Source: an uncultured Marinosulfonomonas sp. (lineage in GTDB: Bacteria; Pseudomonadota; Alphaproteobacteria; Rhodobacterales; Rhodobacteraceae). Taken from it: 64,000 bases of DNA. Of the stretch, positions 1 through 9,378 are shown piece after piece (position 1 is the stretch's first letter; each line of letters begins with the position of its first letter). Location of the stretch: contig CAZETX010000006.1 of the NCBI GenBank assembly GCA_964514925.1, forward strand, positions 10,922-74,921. The letters run 5' to 3'. A program made the position numbers and the translations under genes. The notes beneath the pieces are model-generated. The model saw only the letters and a list, made by a program, of their open reading frames with translations, was not told where the DNA came from and ran no database searches.

Positions 1-393
1 ACCCTACCCACGGTGATCAACCGAATTGTTATTGCCTGGAATGAAAGCCAGGAGGCACTGAACGCGGTCAGGCTGGCTTTACCGCTTTTAAAGGCTGCGG
101 ATATTGTGAATATTGCCATCGTTGATCCCCCGGCACATGCCTTTGACCGCTCTGATCCGGGGGGCGCGCTGGCGCTAATGCTATCGCGCCACGGCATCAA
201 AGCAGAGGTTTCAGTGCTGGCAAAAACCATGCCTCGCGTGTCCGATGTTATAGCGCGCCATCTTGTGGATCAAAACGCTGAGCTGTTGGTGATGGGGGCT
301 TACGGTCATTCGCGCATTCGCGAAAGCATTCTTGGCGGTGCCACCCGCAACACGTTGCAAATGGCGAAATTACCGGTTTTCATGGCGCATTAG
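1..393 (+). CDS. Universal stress protein (UspA family) domain, 5'-partial at window edge
   Basis: The reading frame is open back to nt 1; the track ORF 13..393 starts at an internal GTG. C-terminal Usp signature LLVMGAYGHSRIRESILGGATRNTL. Probably the second domain of a tandem Usp whose start lies upstream of the window. Confidence 0.75.
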   Translation, partial: TLPTVINRIVIAWNESQEALNAVRLALPLLKAADIVNIAIVDPPAHAFDRSDPGGALALMLSRHGIKAEVSVLAKTMPRVSDVIARHLVDQNAELLVMGAYGHSRIRESILGGATRNTLQMAKLPVFMAH

Positions 394-411
394 AACAATC
401 AAACGAAACCC

Positions 412-1140
412 CTATGGGCCCAAATCGTCCCCGGCTTCCTGTGTAAGACGCGAAAGATTCGGAACATTGATCCGGCGGCTGCCCTGGGTTTCAATTACCT
501 TGTCCCGCTTAAGCGCCGACATTTGACGGCTTACGGTCTCCAGCGTCAGCCCCAGATAATTCGCCATTGCTTCACGGGTCAGCGGCAGTTCGAACTTTAC
601 CGCTTTCGGGGCTATCTGCTTCAGCAAATGCGCCTCTCTATTGGCCAGAATTGCCAACAGGCTGGCAATTTTTTCGCGCGCGGTTTTACGCCCCAGCACC
701 AGCATCCACTGGCGCGCCGCATCCAGTTCATCCAGTGTCATTTCAAGCAGTCGCTGGCTGACATGGGGGGTGGTTTCAAGCATTTTTTCAAATGGCTTGC
801 GTCGAAAACAGCACAATGTCAGATCGGTCACTGCCACCACATCAAACGCGGCGACACTCCGCCCGGGTCGGCCCAGAAAGTCAGACGGTAACAACAAACC
901 GGTCATTTGGGTGCGGCCATCTTCCATTGTCTGACTTAGTGACGCGATGCCAACAACAACCGACGCCACAAAATCCAGGTGATCCCCGGCCCAGATCACC
1001 GGTTGTCCGGCTTCAAAACTGCGATAGTATTTGAACGTATCCAGCATCGTTAGTTCATCCGGCTCACAGCGCGAACAAACGGCCTGACGACGGATCGGAC
1101 AAGATCCACAGTCTCGGTTGTTGAAAACTGGTTTATCCAA
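412..1140 (-). CDS. fnrL: Crp/Fnr family transcriptional regulator, FnrL-like oxygen sensor
   Basis: 242-aa ORF with a TTG start. N-terminal Cys cluster RDCGSCPIRRQAVCSRC as in [4Fe-4S] FNR/FnrL proteins, a cNMP-binding-like core, and a C-terminal HTH (REAMANYLGLTLETVSRQMSALK). Confidence 0.8.
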   Translation of the reverse strand: MDKPVFNNRDCGSCPIRRQAVCSRCEPDELTMLDTFKYYRSFEAGQPVIWAGDHLDFVASVVVGIASLSQTMEDGRTQMTGLLLPSDFLGRPGRSVAAFDVVAVTDLTLCCFRRKPFEKMLETTPHVSQRLLEMTLDELDAARQWMLVLGRKTAREKIASLLAILANREAHLLKQIAPKAVKFELPLTREAMANYLGLTLETVSRQMSALKRDKVIETQGSRRINVPNLSRLTQEAGDDLGP

Positions 1141-1271
1141 TGCCGGGGCCCTCGATATTATCGATGCAGACTATGTTGCATACATTTTTTACGCCGAAGC
1201 CTCACCACCCGCAACAGGGTAGTGCAAACAGCCCTTCCCGCCGGCAATGGTTGCGTAACCCATGACCGCGC

Positions 1272-2264
1272 CTACCCGGTTTGCGCAGCATAGCAACCGG
1301 ATATCCGGGCTTTTTGTTTAACCAGCGCCAGAACTGTATCTAACGTCGGCGTCGGACATCCGGCCAACACCCCAAGCTCCTGAACGGCCCCGACCAACGC
1401 ATCAATTTCCATCGGGCGTCCTGCTTGCAGATCCTGCAACATGCTGGTCTTATGCGCCCCCACCGCAGCCGCCCCGGCGATGCGTTTGTCGATCGAAACA
1501 CTGAACCGTGCCCCTAACGCTTCACCAACCAGTTGTATCTCGGCCATTATCGCGCGGATGACACCTTTGGTTTCCGCATCATCGGTCATCTGTGCCAATG
1601 TCGCCCCGGTCAGCGCACTAATTGGATTAAGTGAGGCATTGCCCCAGAGCTTTATCCAGATTTCATCGCGCAGTCGGGGCTTGATCGGCGCTTTCAAACC
1701 AGCGGCAATCATCAGGTCTGACAACACTTTAACCCGTTCACTGCTGCTGCCATCCGGTTCCCCCAGCGAAAACCGGTTGCCCGAAATATGTTGCACAACA
1801 CCGGGCTTGATCACCTCTGCCGCCGGATACACCACGCAACCCAGCGCGCGCTCCGGTCCGATGCCTTTCCAGATCCCCCCCCCCGGATCAACACTTTCTA
1901 TGCGTCGGCCGGAAAATTCACCTTCAAGACCGTAAAAATACCACCAGGGCACGCCATTCACCGCAAAAACCACCGTGGTATTGTCGTGCAGCAGCGGTTG
2001 CATCGCCGAAACCACCGCCCCGATGGAATGCGCTTTCAGCGTAACAATCACATAATCCTGCACCCCCAGATCGGCGGGATTTTCCGTCGCATCAACGGCC
2101 AGTGTCTGGGACAGGTCCTTCTCAATCAGCGTCAGCCCCTCTTTGCGGATCGCCGCCAAATGCGGCCCCCGCGCGATCAGGGAAACCTTTGCGTCCGTGG
2201 CGGCCAGTTTCGCACCCAGATAGCCGCCAATTGCCCCGGCCCCGAACACGCAAACCCTGGTCAT
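1272..2264 (-). CDS. 2-dehydropantoate 2-reductase family protein (PanE/ApbA-like)
   Basis: 330-aa ORF with N-terminal Rossmann motif VFGAGAIGGYLGAKLA and ketopantoate-reductase-like architecture. It overlaps the upstream ligase gene by 4 nt (2261-2264). Confidence 0.75.
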   Translation of the reverse strand: MTRVCVFGAGAIGGYLGAKLAATDAKVSLIARGPHLAAIRKEGLTLIEKDLSQTLAVDATENPADLGVQDYVIVTLKAHSIGAVVSAMQPLLHDNTTVVFAVNGVPWWYFYGLEGEFSGRRIESVDPGGGIWKGIGPERALGCVVYPAAEVIKPGVVQHISGNRFSLGEPDGSSSERVKVLSDLMIAAGLKAPIKPRLRDEIWIKLWGNASLNPISALTGATLAQMTDDAETKGVIRAIMAEIQLVGEALGARFSVSIDKRIAGAAAVGAHKTSMLQDLQAGRPMEIDALVGAVQELGVLAGCPTPTLDTVLALVKQKARISGCYAAQTG

Positions 2265-3778
2265 CCGGTCAGCCCCAGTTTTTCCGCCAACCCTATGCGT
2301 TGCAGCTTACCAGTGGCCCCTTTTGGGATTTCATCGCGCAGGATAATCTTTGACGGGACCTTAAACGCAACCAACCGCTCTGCTGCAAAGTTTTTCAGCT
2401 CCGCAATGTCCGCCAGCATCCCCTCACGCAGCACAACCACAGCCGCCACTTCCTCCCCCAGTTTATCATGGGGCAGTGCAAAGGTGACCACCTGATCAAC
2501 CGCCGGATGGGCCTGCAAAATATCATCCACTTCCCGGGGTGCAATTTTCTCACCCCCCCGGTTGATAATTTCTTTCAAACGACCCGAAATCGTCAAAAAC
2601 CCGTCACGGTCCAGAAACCCAAGGTCCCCCGTCCTGAACCAGCCGCCGGTAAACGCCGTCGCATTAGCCTCCGGGTTGTTTTCATAACTGTCAAAGACAT
2701 TGGCACCACGAATAACAATTTCACCGCTTTCGCCCTGCGCCTTAACCCCACCGGCATCATCCATGATGGCAATTTCAGGCCCCGCCGCAATCCCGACGGT
2801 TCCCGCTTTACGGTTCCCCGGCGGCAAGGGGTTACACGCCATCTGATGCGCTGCCTCTGTCATCCCGTATGCTTCAATCACCGGACAGCCAAATGCGGCT
2901 TCCAGCGCTGCCATAACCGGTGGCGGCAAGGATGAAGACGATGATCTGACAAACCGCAAATCCATCCCGTCGACAATTTCCTTATTTCGCGCCGCCCGGC
3001 CCAATATCGCCTGATGCATCGTGGGCACAGCCGTGTACCAGCTGGGCTGAACCGCCTCTGCCCATTGAAAGAACTTCAGCGCATTGAACCCGGTCGTACA
3101 CACCACATGCGCCCCGGCCTGCAGTGAGGCCAACAGTGACGCGATCAGCCCGTGAATATGAAACAGCGGCATGACATTCAGCCCGACATCACCGCCGCTC
3201 AGCTGCAAAGCGGCGCGTATATTTGCTGATGACGCCAATATATTCGCCGCAGTTAACGGCACAACTTTGGGGCGCGATGTGGTACCGGATGTGTGCAATA
3301 CCAGCGCCTCGTCGGCCGCTTTGGTCCAACCGGTTGCCTGTGCCTTACCCGACAGGTCTGTGGCGTCAAACTTAAAATAACCAGCCGGATCAGCCGGATC
3401 ACAGCCTATACGAACCACCGGAATATCCAATGTCGCCGCCGCCGCTAAAACCGGTGACAAACTGTCACCTTCGACAATAACCAGCTTGGCCCCAAGATCT
3501 TTCAGATAAAACGAAAACTCGTCCTGTTTATATGCCGGGTTCAACGGCGCTGCCGACGCGCAGGCCGATACCGCTAAAAATGCCGTCGCCATTTCCGGGC
3601 CGTTTGGCAGAACAATCGCCACCCGGTCCCCGCGGCCTATGCCAAATCCGTTCAATGCATTTCGGCTGGACTGTATCAACCGCGATAACTCACCATATGA
3701 CAGGTTATCTTTGTCCGGCGCTCCTATGGCAGGGGAATTCGCGGGTGCTGCCTTTATAACATCAATTAGTGACAACAT
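2261..3778 (-). CDS. AMP-dependent acyl-CoA synthetase/ligase (oxalyl/malonyl-CoA-synthetase-like)
   Basis: 505-aa ORF with adenylate-forming motifs LHTSGTTSRPKVVPL, YGMTEA, TGDLG, GRLKEIINRGGEKI and PKGATGKLQR. Confidence 0.85.
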   Translation of the reverse strand: MLSLIDVIKAAPANSPAIGAPDKDNLSYGELSRLIQSSRNALNGFGIGRGDRVAIVLPNGPEMATAFLAVSACASAAPLNPAYKQDEFSFYLKDLGAKLVIVEGDSLSPVLAAAATLDIPVVRIGCDPADPAGYFKFDATDLSGKAQATGWTKAADEALVLHTSGTTSRPKVVPLTAANILASSANIRAALQLSGGDVGLNVMPLFHIHGLIASLLASLQAGAHVVCTTGFNALKFFQWAEAVQPSWYTAVPTMHQAILGRAARNKEIVDGMDLRFVRSSSSSLPPPVMAALEAAFGCPVIEAYGMTEAAHQMACNPLPPGNRKAGTVGIAAGPEIAIMDDAGGVKAQGESGEIVIRGANVFDSYENNPEANATAFTGGWFRTGDLGFLDRDGFLTISGRLKEIINRGGEKIAPREVDDILQAHPAVDQVVTFALPHDKLGEEVAAVVVLREGMLADIAELKNFAAERLVAFKVPSKIILRDEIPKGATGKLQRIGLAEKLGLTG

Positions 3779-3973
3779 TCTTTATCTCTCCGGGATTGCA
3801 TTCTGTTTCACAACATTACCCGGCTGCCGTTCAAAAGCCAGCCCTCAACGTGATTCAACGATCGGAATTTTGCGCTTCACATTACGAATATTGTGTCCGA
3901 AATACCTGTTCGAACAGGCCCAGCAGCCGCAATTTTCCAGTAATAATTCGTCTGTGTAAATTGATGCCTAAAC

Positions 3974-5038
3974 TTATGCACCGACCAGACTAACATCACC
4001 TTTATCAAATCCAACAACAACATTCTGGCCCATAGAAAATGGCGTTGCCAAGGCTGTAGAGATGGCAAACAATTGTCCCAATTCACCGTCCAGCGTGTAT
4101 TGGATCTGGTTCCCCAGATAGGCGGCATAGGTAATATTACCTTCAAACCCCTCCGCATCGCCTTTGGCTGACAACGATATCTGGTGCGGGCGCAGTACAA
4201 GTTTTACATTCCCGGTAAGCGACGCTTCATTCGCCACCGTCAGGGATTTGTTGCCAATGGTGATTTTGCTATGCCCATTGTTGGTTGCACCAACTTCGCA
4301 ATCAATCAGGTTCGCATCCCCGATAAAGTCTGCGATGAAAGACGAATTCGGGCGCTGGTACAGGTCACTTGGCGTGCCTTCCTGCGCAATCTCTGCATTT
4401 TTCATCACGATGATCTTATCAGATACCGCCATTGCCTCTTCCTGATCGTGGGTCACATAAACCGCGGTCAGGCCCAGATCTTGCTGAATCTGGCGTATCT
4501 GCTCGCGCACCTTGCGGCGCAGTTTCGCGTCCAAGTTTGACAGCGGCTCATCCAAAAGCAAAACTTCCGGCTCCAGTACGATCGCACGGGCCACGGCCAC
4601 CCGCTGTTGTTGACCGCCCGACAGCTCACTTGGCAATCGCGCACCAAAACCTTCCAACCCAACCATTTCCAGGCCTTCTTCGGCCTTTTCATGGGCTTGT
4701 TTCTTAGGGACAGATTTCACGGTCAGCCCGTAGGCGACATTTTCAATCACGCTCATATGCGGAAACAACGCATATGACTGAAACACCATGGATACTTTGC
4801 GATAGGTTGCAGACAGATGGGTCACGTCCTCGCCGCTGATGAAAACCGACCCTTCGGTCGCGCTTTCCAATCCGGCAATCAGCCGCAACGTTGTGGTCTT
4901 GCCGCAGCCACTGGGCCCAAGCAGCGTCACTAGTGTGCCCGGCTCTATGTTCAGATCAAGCTTGGTCAGCGCCGTAACCGCACCATATTTTTTCACAACG
5001 CCCTGAAAACGAACCGAGCCTTTTTTTATATCTTGCAT
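3974..5038 (-). CDS. ABC importer ATP-binding protein (FbpC/PotA type)
   Basis: 354-aa ORF with Walker A GPSGCGKTT, ABC signature LSGGQQQRVAVARA, Walker B LLLDEPLS, and a C-terminal regulatory (TOBE-like) extension. Confidence 0.9.
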   Translation of the reverse strand: MQDIKKGSVRFQGVVKKYGAVTALTKLDLNIEPGTLVTLLGPSGCGKTTTLRLIAGLESATEGSVFISGEDVTHLSATYRKVSMVFQSYALFPHMSVIENVAYGLTVKSVPKKQAHEKAEEGLEMVGLEGFGARLPSELSGGQQQRVAVARAIVLEPEVLLLDEPLSNLDAKLRRKVREQIRQIQQDLGLTAVYVTHDQEEAMAVSDKIIVMKNAEIAQEGTPSDLYQRPNSSFIADFIGDANLIDCEVGATNNGHSKITIGNKSLTVANEASLTGNVKLVLRPHQISLSAKGDAEGFEGNITYAAYLGNQIQYTLDGELGQLFAISTALATPFSMGQNVVVGFDKGDVSLVGA

Positions 5039-5063
5039 ATTTCTGTCCCCGGATAAATTTCAG

Positions 5064-7244
5064 TTAAGCCGCCTGTTGCACACGATCGGTGCGGCGCAGT
5101 TTACGTTTACCAACCAACAATTGCAGCGCGATAACCACGATCAGCATGGTGACAATCAACACCGCTGAATACGCGATCGCGATGCCGAATTCGCCATTCT
5201 CAACCCGCCCCACAATGAACGACGTCGCCATATTATGTTTCGCACTGACCAAAAATATTACCGCACTTACGGACGTAACCGCGCGCACAAAACTATAGGT
5301 CAGGGCGGCGATCACTGCTGGCCCAAGCAGCGGGGCAATTACCCGCCGCAGCGTTGTGAAACTATTTGCGCCACAGGTGATCGACGCTTCATCAAGGCTT
5401 TTGTCCAGTTGTGACATCGCAGCGATACCGCCGCGCACCCCAACCGGCATGTTTCGAAATACAAAAACGATGATCAGGATGATGCTGGTGCCGGTCAGCT
5501 CGATCGGCGGAAAGTTAAAGGCCAGAATATAGCTCACACCAATCACGGTACCCGGAATGGCAAAACTCAGCATGGTGCTGAACTCAAAAATACTTTTACC
5601 CGCAAAGTTCTGGCGCACCAACAGATAGGCAGTGCCAAGGCCAACCAGTGCCGTCAGCGGCGCGGCGATGGACGATATCGTCAGCGTGGTGAAATAACTG
5701 TCCCATGCAGCGCCGGTCCAGCGGATGCCATCGGAAAAGTCGATCGAAAATGCCCGCAGATAGTGATCAAGCGTGAAACTGTTATCATATCCCCAAAGCT
5801 TTACGAAACTGCCGTAAAATATCATCACATACACCACCGCCGTAAACGCCGCCCACGGCAGCGCCGTTGCATAGCACGCAGCTTTGACAGCTGGGCTAAG
5901 CGCCGCGTGCTGGCCAGAATCGCCTTTGCCAGTGACAGTTGCGTAGGATTTTGTGCCAACCCAACGGCGCTGGATCAGGAACGCTCCCAGCGTCAGCATC
6001 AGCAGGGCGATGGCCAGTATCGCGGCCTTGGAAGGGTCCGCAACTGAACCCACGATGGCAAAGAATATATCGGTGGACAGGAAATTTGTATTGCCACCCA
6101 TGACCAGTGGATTGCCAAAATCGGCAAGGCTTTCGATGAAGCCCAGCAAGAACGCATTGGCCAGACCAGGCCGCATCAGCGGCAGGGACACATACCGGAA
6201 TGTCTGCCAACGATCCGCATCCAGTGTCTGGCTTGCCTCTTCCATCGACGGGCTCACGCCTTCGACCACACCGATCAGCACAAGAAACGCGATCGGGGTG
6301 AACGACAGCATCTGCGCCAGAAAAACCCCGTCAAACCCATACAGCCAGCGTGTTTTTTCGGTCCCGAACAGCGTTGCAAACAAATCAGTAATCGCGCCCG
6401 TTCGCCCGAATAACAGGATCAGTGCCAGCCCAATAACAAACGGCGGTGTGATTATTGGAATTACCGTCAATACCCGCAACAATGGTTTGGCGACAAAATT
6501 GGTCCGTGTGAAAATTAACGCGAATGCCAGACCAAGCGCGGTTGTCCCGGCCCCGGTCATGGTTGCCAGTAAAACTGAATTGATTGCCGGGCCACAGGAC
6601 CGCCCGCCGGTAAAGCAGGTCAGGCCCCATATATCAGATGAAAACAATCGCCCGAAAAACACAGCAATTGAATATCCACCCTCTTTTACTTCAAAAGCCC
6701 GAATTAGAATATGGGCAACCGGGAAAAATACAAACACCCCAACCAGCGAAATTATCAGGCCAATCAGCCCGACGACAAACGCGTCGCCACGTCCCTGCCC
6801 CATCGAAGAAAACGCTGTGGTCAAAACGAATAGCAATGCAAACAACGTCACCATCGCACCCGCACCAAACCCGATTTGACCATCATTTATAGCGGTATAA
6901 TCCAGCATATCCGCAAAGAACCGCGGCCCGTCCCGCACAATCACCATGCCCTGAAGGGCGATATAGCCCAGTGCAAGTGCTGCAAATACGGCCACAAACT
7001 TGGATCGCTGAACCGGGCTATTTATCAGGTTCAGACCGGCAGCAATAATGACAAATGAAACCGCCAGCGGCCAAAACCAGAATTTTCCGAACGACAGCAA
7101 TAAAAACAACGCCGAAGCAGTATCGGCGGAAGCCAGACCGGTGATCCAGCCAAATGACCAAAAACCGGCATCAACCACATGCCAGGGTAACAGGATAAAT
7201 CCCAAAATTGCAGCGAGCAGCCAATAATTTATGGTCCGTTTCAT
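5064..7244 (-). CDS. ABC importer permease, fused double transmembrane domain (FbpB/ThiP type)
   Basis: 726-aa polytopic hydrophobic ORF with two binding-protein-dependent permease modules. It sits between the SBP and ATPase genes on the same strand. Confidence 0.85.
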   Translation of the reverse strand: MKRTINYWLLAAILGFILLPWHVVDAGFWSFGWITGLASADTASALFLLLSFGKFWFWPLAVSFVIIAAGLNLINSPVQRSKFVAVFAALALGYIALQGMVIVRDGPRFFADMLDYTAINDGQIGFGAGAMVTLFALLFVLTTAFSSMGQGRGDAFVVGLIGLIISLVGVFVFFPVAHILIRAFEVKEGGYSIAVFFGRLFSSDIWGLTCFTGGRSCGPAINSVLLATMTGAGTTALGLAFALIFTRTNFVAKPLLRVLTVIPIITPPFVIGLALILLFGRTGAITDLFATLFGTEKTRWLYGFDGVFLAQMLSFTPIAFLVLIGVVEGVSPSMEEASQTLDADRWQTFRYVSLPLMRPGLANAFLLGFIESLADFGNPLVMGGNTNFLSTDIFFAIVGSVADPSKAAILAIALLMLTLGAFLIQRRWVGTKSYATVTGKGDSGQHAALSPAVKAACYATALPWAAFTAVVYVMIFYGSFVKLWGYDNSFTLDHYLRAFSIDFSDGIRWTGAAWDSYFTTLTISSIAAPLTALVGLGTAYLLVRQNFAGKSIFEFSTMLSFAIPGTVIGVSYILAFNFPPIELTGTSIILIIVFVFRNMPVGVRGGIAAMSQLDKSLDEASITCGANSFTTLRRVIAPLLGPAVIAALTYSFVRAVTSVSAVIFLVSAKHNMATSFIVGRVENGEFGIAIAYSAVLIVTMLIVVIALQLLVGKRKLRRTDRVQQAA

Positions 7245-7341
7245 CCGATGCCCCCGGGGAAATTCCTAAAACTAATATCGGTATAAAATCCGGGGCGCGG
7301 CAGGGTCAAACCAGCCGCGCCCCGGTAAAGCTGCCTAAAGT

Positions 7342-8352
7342 TTAGGGCTTAACTTCTGCATCCCAACGCGCCAGCAAACGGGCCCGCGTATCCGTGGCAC
7401 CATAGGTGGCAAAATCGTAATCAATCAGCTTGATTGATTCCAGTTTGGGCGATTCAGGTGCAAGCGTCGCATTGCTGTTGGATGGTACGTTATAAACACC
7501 AACCTCTGGCCCGCGTGATTGTGCTTCTGCACTGATCACAAACTCAACCCATTTCTTGGCGCTTTCCAGATTTTTGGCACCCTCGATTATGCTGACGCCG
7601 CCAACTTCGTAACCAGTCCCTTCACAGGGTGATACGATCTCAAGCGGGAAGCCGGCTTTTGCCAGTTTGACCATGTCATGCATGAAACCAATGGACACAC
7701 CGGTTTCACCGCGAGCGGCGGCTTTGCTGGGTGCTGAACCGGATTTGGTGTAGGAATTGATGTTCTCACCAATATCCTTCAACAGGCGAAACGCTTCGTC
7801 TTCGCCAAACACCTGAACCAATGTCGCAAGCTCGGTATAGGCTGTGCCAGAGCTGTTCGGATTGGCAACCTGCACTTCACCCGCAAAACGCGGATCCGCA
7901 AGATCACGCCAGCACGCCGGTGGCTCGATTCCTTTTTCAGCCAGCAATTCAGAATTGTAGGCAATACCCAATGCGCCAGCGTGAATACCAATGGTTTTTC
8001 CACCACTGATATCGGACATGTTGACGGCCCAGCCAAGCAGTTCAGAAATATCAGCACCGGAAACTTGTGTAAGGCCTTCGGAGGCCGCGATCAAATGTGG
8101 ATCACCTGTACCGCCCCACCATACGTCAATTTTCGGATTGCCCGCTTCGGCGCGTACCTGCGCCAGTGTTTCGCCGGTGCTCTTGCGAACCATGGACACT
8201 TCAATGCCGGTTTCGGCTTCAAAGTTTCCGGCCATTAAATCGCACCAGTCCTGTTCGTTGCTGCAAACAACGCTTAGTTCCTGCGCACTCGCCTGCCCGA
8301 CCATAAATGTGGCCGCAAAAGCAAGGACGCTTAAAGTTGTAAAAGTTTTCAT
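7342..8352 (-). CDS. ABC importer periplasmic substrate-binding protein (Fe3+/thiamine-type family 1 SBP)
   Basis: 336-aa ORF with signal peptide MKTFTTLSVLAFAATFMVGQASA. It is the first gene of the SBP-permease-ATPase operon. Substrate is not determinable from the sequence. Confidence 0.8.
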   Translation of the reverse strand: MKTFTTLSVLAFAATFMVGQASAQELSVVCSNEQDWCDLMAGNFEAETGIEVSMVRKSTGETLAQVRAEAGNPKIDVWWGGTGDPHLIAASEGLTQVSGADISELLGWAVNMSDISGGKTIGIHAGALGIAYNSELLAEKGIEPPACWRDLADPRFAGEVQVANPNSSGTAYTELATLVQVFGEDEAFRLLKDIGENINSYTKSGSAPSKAAARGETGVSIGFMHDMVKLAKAGFPLEIVSPCEGTGYEVGGVSIIEGAKNLESAKKWVEFVISAEAQSRGPEVGVYNVPSNSNATLAPESPKLESIKLIDYDFATYGATDTRARLLARWDAEVKP

Positions 8353-8637
8353 CTGTTTCTCCCAGAAGATTTAAACCGGATCACATCACCAACCCATTTG
8401 GCAATTGGTCCAAGGATGGCTCCAGTAAAGAACGCCCTGACAATTTTCACGATTACTAAACAATTAATACTGCTACACTGGGCCGGATTTTGGGTTACGA
8501 ATATTACAAATGTTTCAGTATGGCGTTTGACAAAAAAGTAAAATAAACCTCCAGTTTGCCTGTTAAACATGCCATGGTCGCTGTGGTTTAACATGTACTT
8601 TGGGGGGCAGCTTACTTCAGGCTGGGGCCAAAACCAG

Positions 8638-9378
8638 ATGGAAAGCGCAGATATAAGGGCAAAAATTGCCGTTGTTGATGATGATGAGGGCGTGCGACTG
8701 GCGCTTGACTCTTTATTGTTTGAAAACGGCTTTGATCCCATCCTTCTGAAAAGCAGCCACGAATTTTTCGCCCTGGGCAGTAAGCCTGACGTTGATCTTG
8801 CGCTAATTGACCTAAAGCTAAATGGTGAATCTGGGTTGGCGCTGGCAATTCAAATTCGTCACCTGCACGATTTACCCATTGTCATGCTGACCGGCCAAGG
8901 CGACGAGGTGGACAAAATCGTTGGCCTGGAAACCGGGGCCGACGACTATATTATGAAACCATTCAACCCGCGTGAACTGGTGGCCAGATTGCGTGCGGTC
9001 CTGCGTCGATACGGCAACAATACTACACCCATAAATCCCCAATCCAGCACCGGCTTAGGGATCAGATTTGGCAGCAAAATATTGAACCGCACTCACCGTC
9101 AGTTGCTTTCAGCATCAGGTGACGAAATTCCTCTTACCAATGCAGAGTTTCGGTTGCTTGAGTTTTTCCTGACCAATCCAAATCGAATTATTCCGCGGTT
9201 AGAATTATTAACCGAACTTGGCAGCGACTCTTCAAATTATGTAGATCGAACGATTGACGTGCTCATTTTACGTTTGCGGCGAAAAATAGAAGACGTCCCT
9301 TCCAAACCGGTGCACCTGCAAACGCGCCGTGCACAGGGTTATATCTTTGTACTGGACGGCGAAGGCGAACCTAAGTGA
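8638..9378 (+). CDS. OmpR/PhoB-family response regulator
   Basis: REC domain (KIAVVDDDEG...LIDLKL...MLTGQGDEVDKIVGLETGADDYIMKPF) plus a winged-helix output (LTNAEFRLLEFF...ILRLRRKIE...RRAQGYIF). ATG at 8638 is preferred over the upstream 8569 start of the track ORF. Confidence 0.9.
   Translation: MESADIRAKIAVVDDDEGVRLALDSLLFENGFDPILLKSSHEFFALGSKPDVDLALIDLKLNGESGLALAIQIRHLHDLPIVMLTGQGDEVDKIVGLETGADDYIMKPFNPRELVARLRAVLRRYGNNTTPINPQSSTGLGIRFGSKILNRTHRQLLSASGDEIPLTNAEFRLLEFFLTNPNRIIPRLELLTELGSDSSNYVDRTIDVLILRLRRKIEDVPSKPVHLQTRRAQGYIFVLDGEGEPK

Noticed and set aside
1152-1164. Palindrome TCGATATTATCGA just upstream of fnrL as an FNR box
   Set aside because: The FNR/FnrL consensus is TTGAT-N4-ATCAA (14 bp). 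This site is TCGAT-N3-ATCGA, with the wrong spacing and half-site. It may simply be a small hairpin near the RBS.
5953-6879. 308-aa plus-strand ORF, plus similar long antisense ORFs such as 1788..2495, 34899..35624, 36902..37417 and 62333..62860
   Set aside because: They lie fully antisense to genes with strong family signatures. Their composition is low-complexity and rich in Arg, Pro and Ser, as expected for the opposite strand of GC-rich coding DNA. They have no motifs and no plausible RBS.
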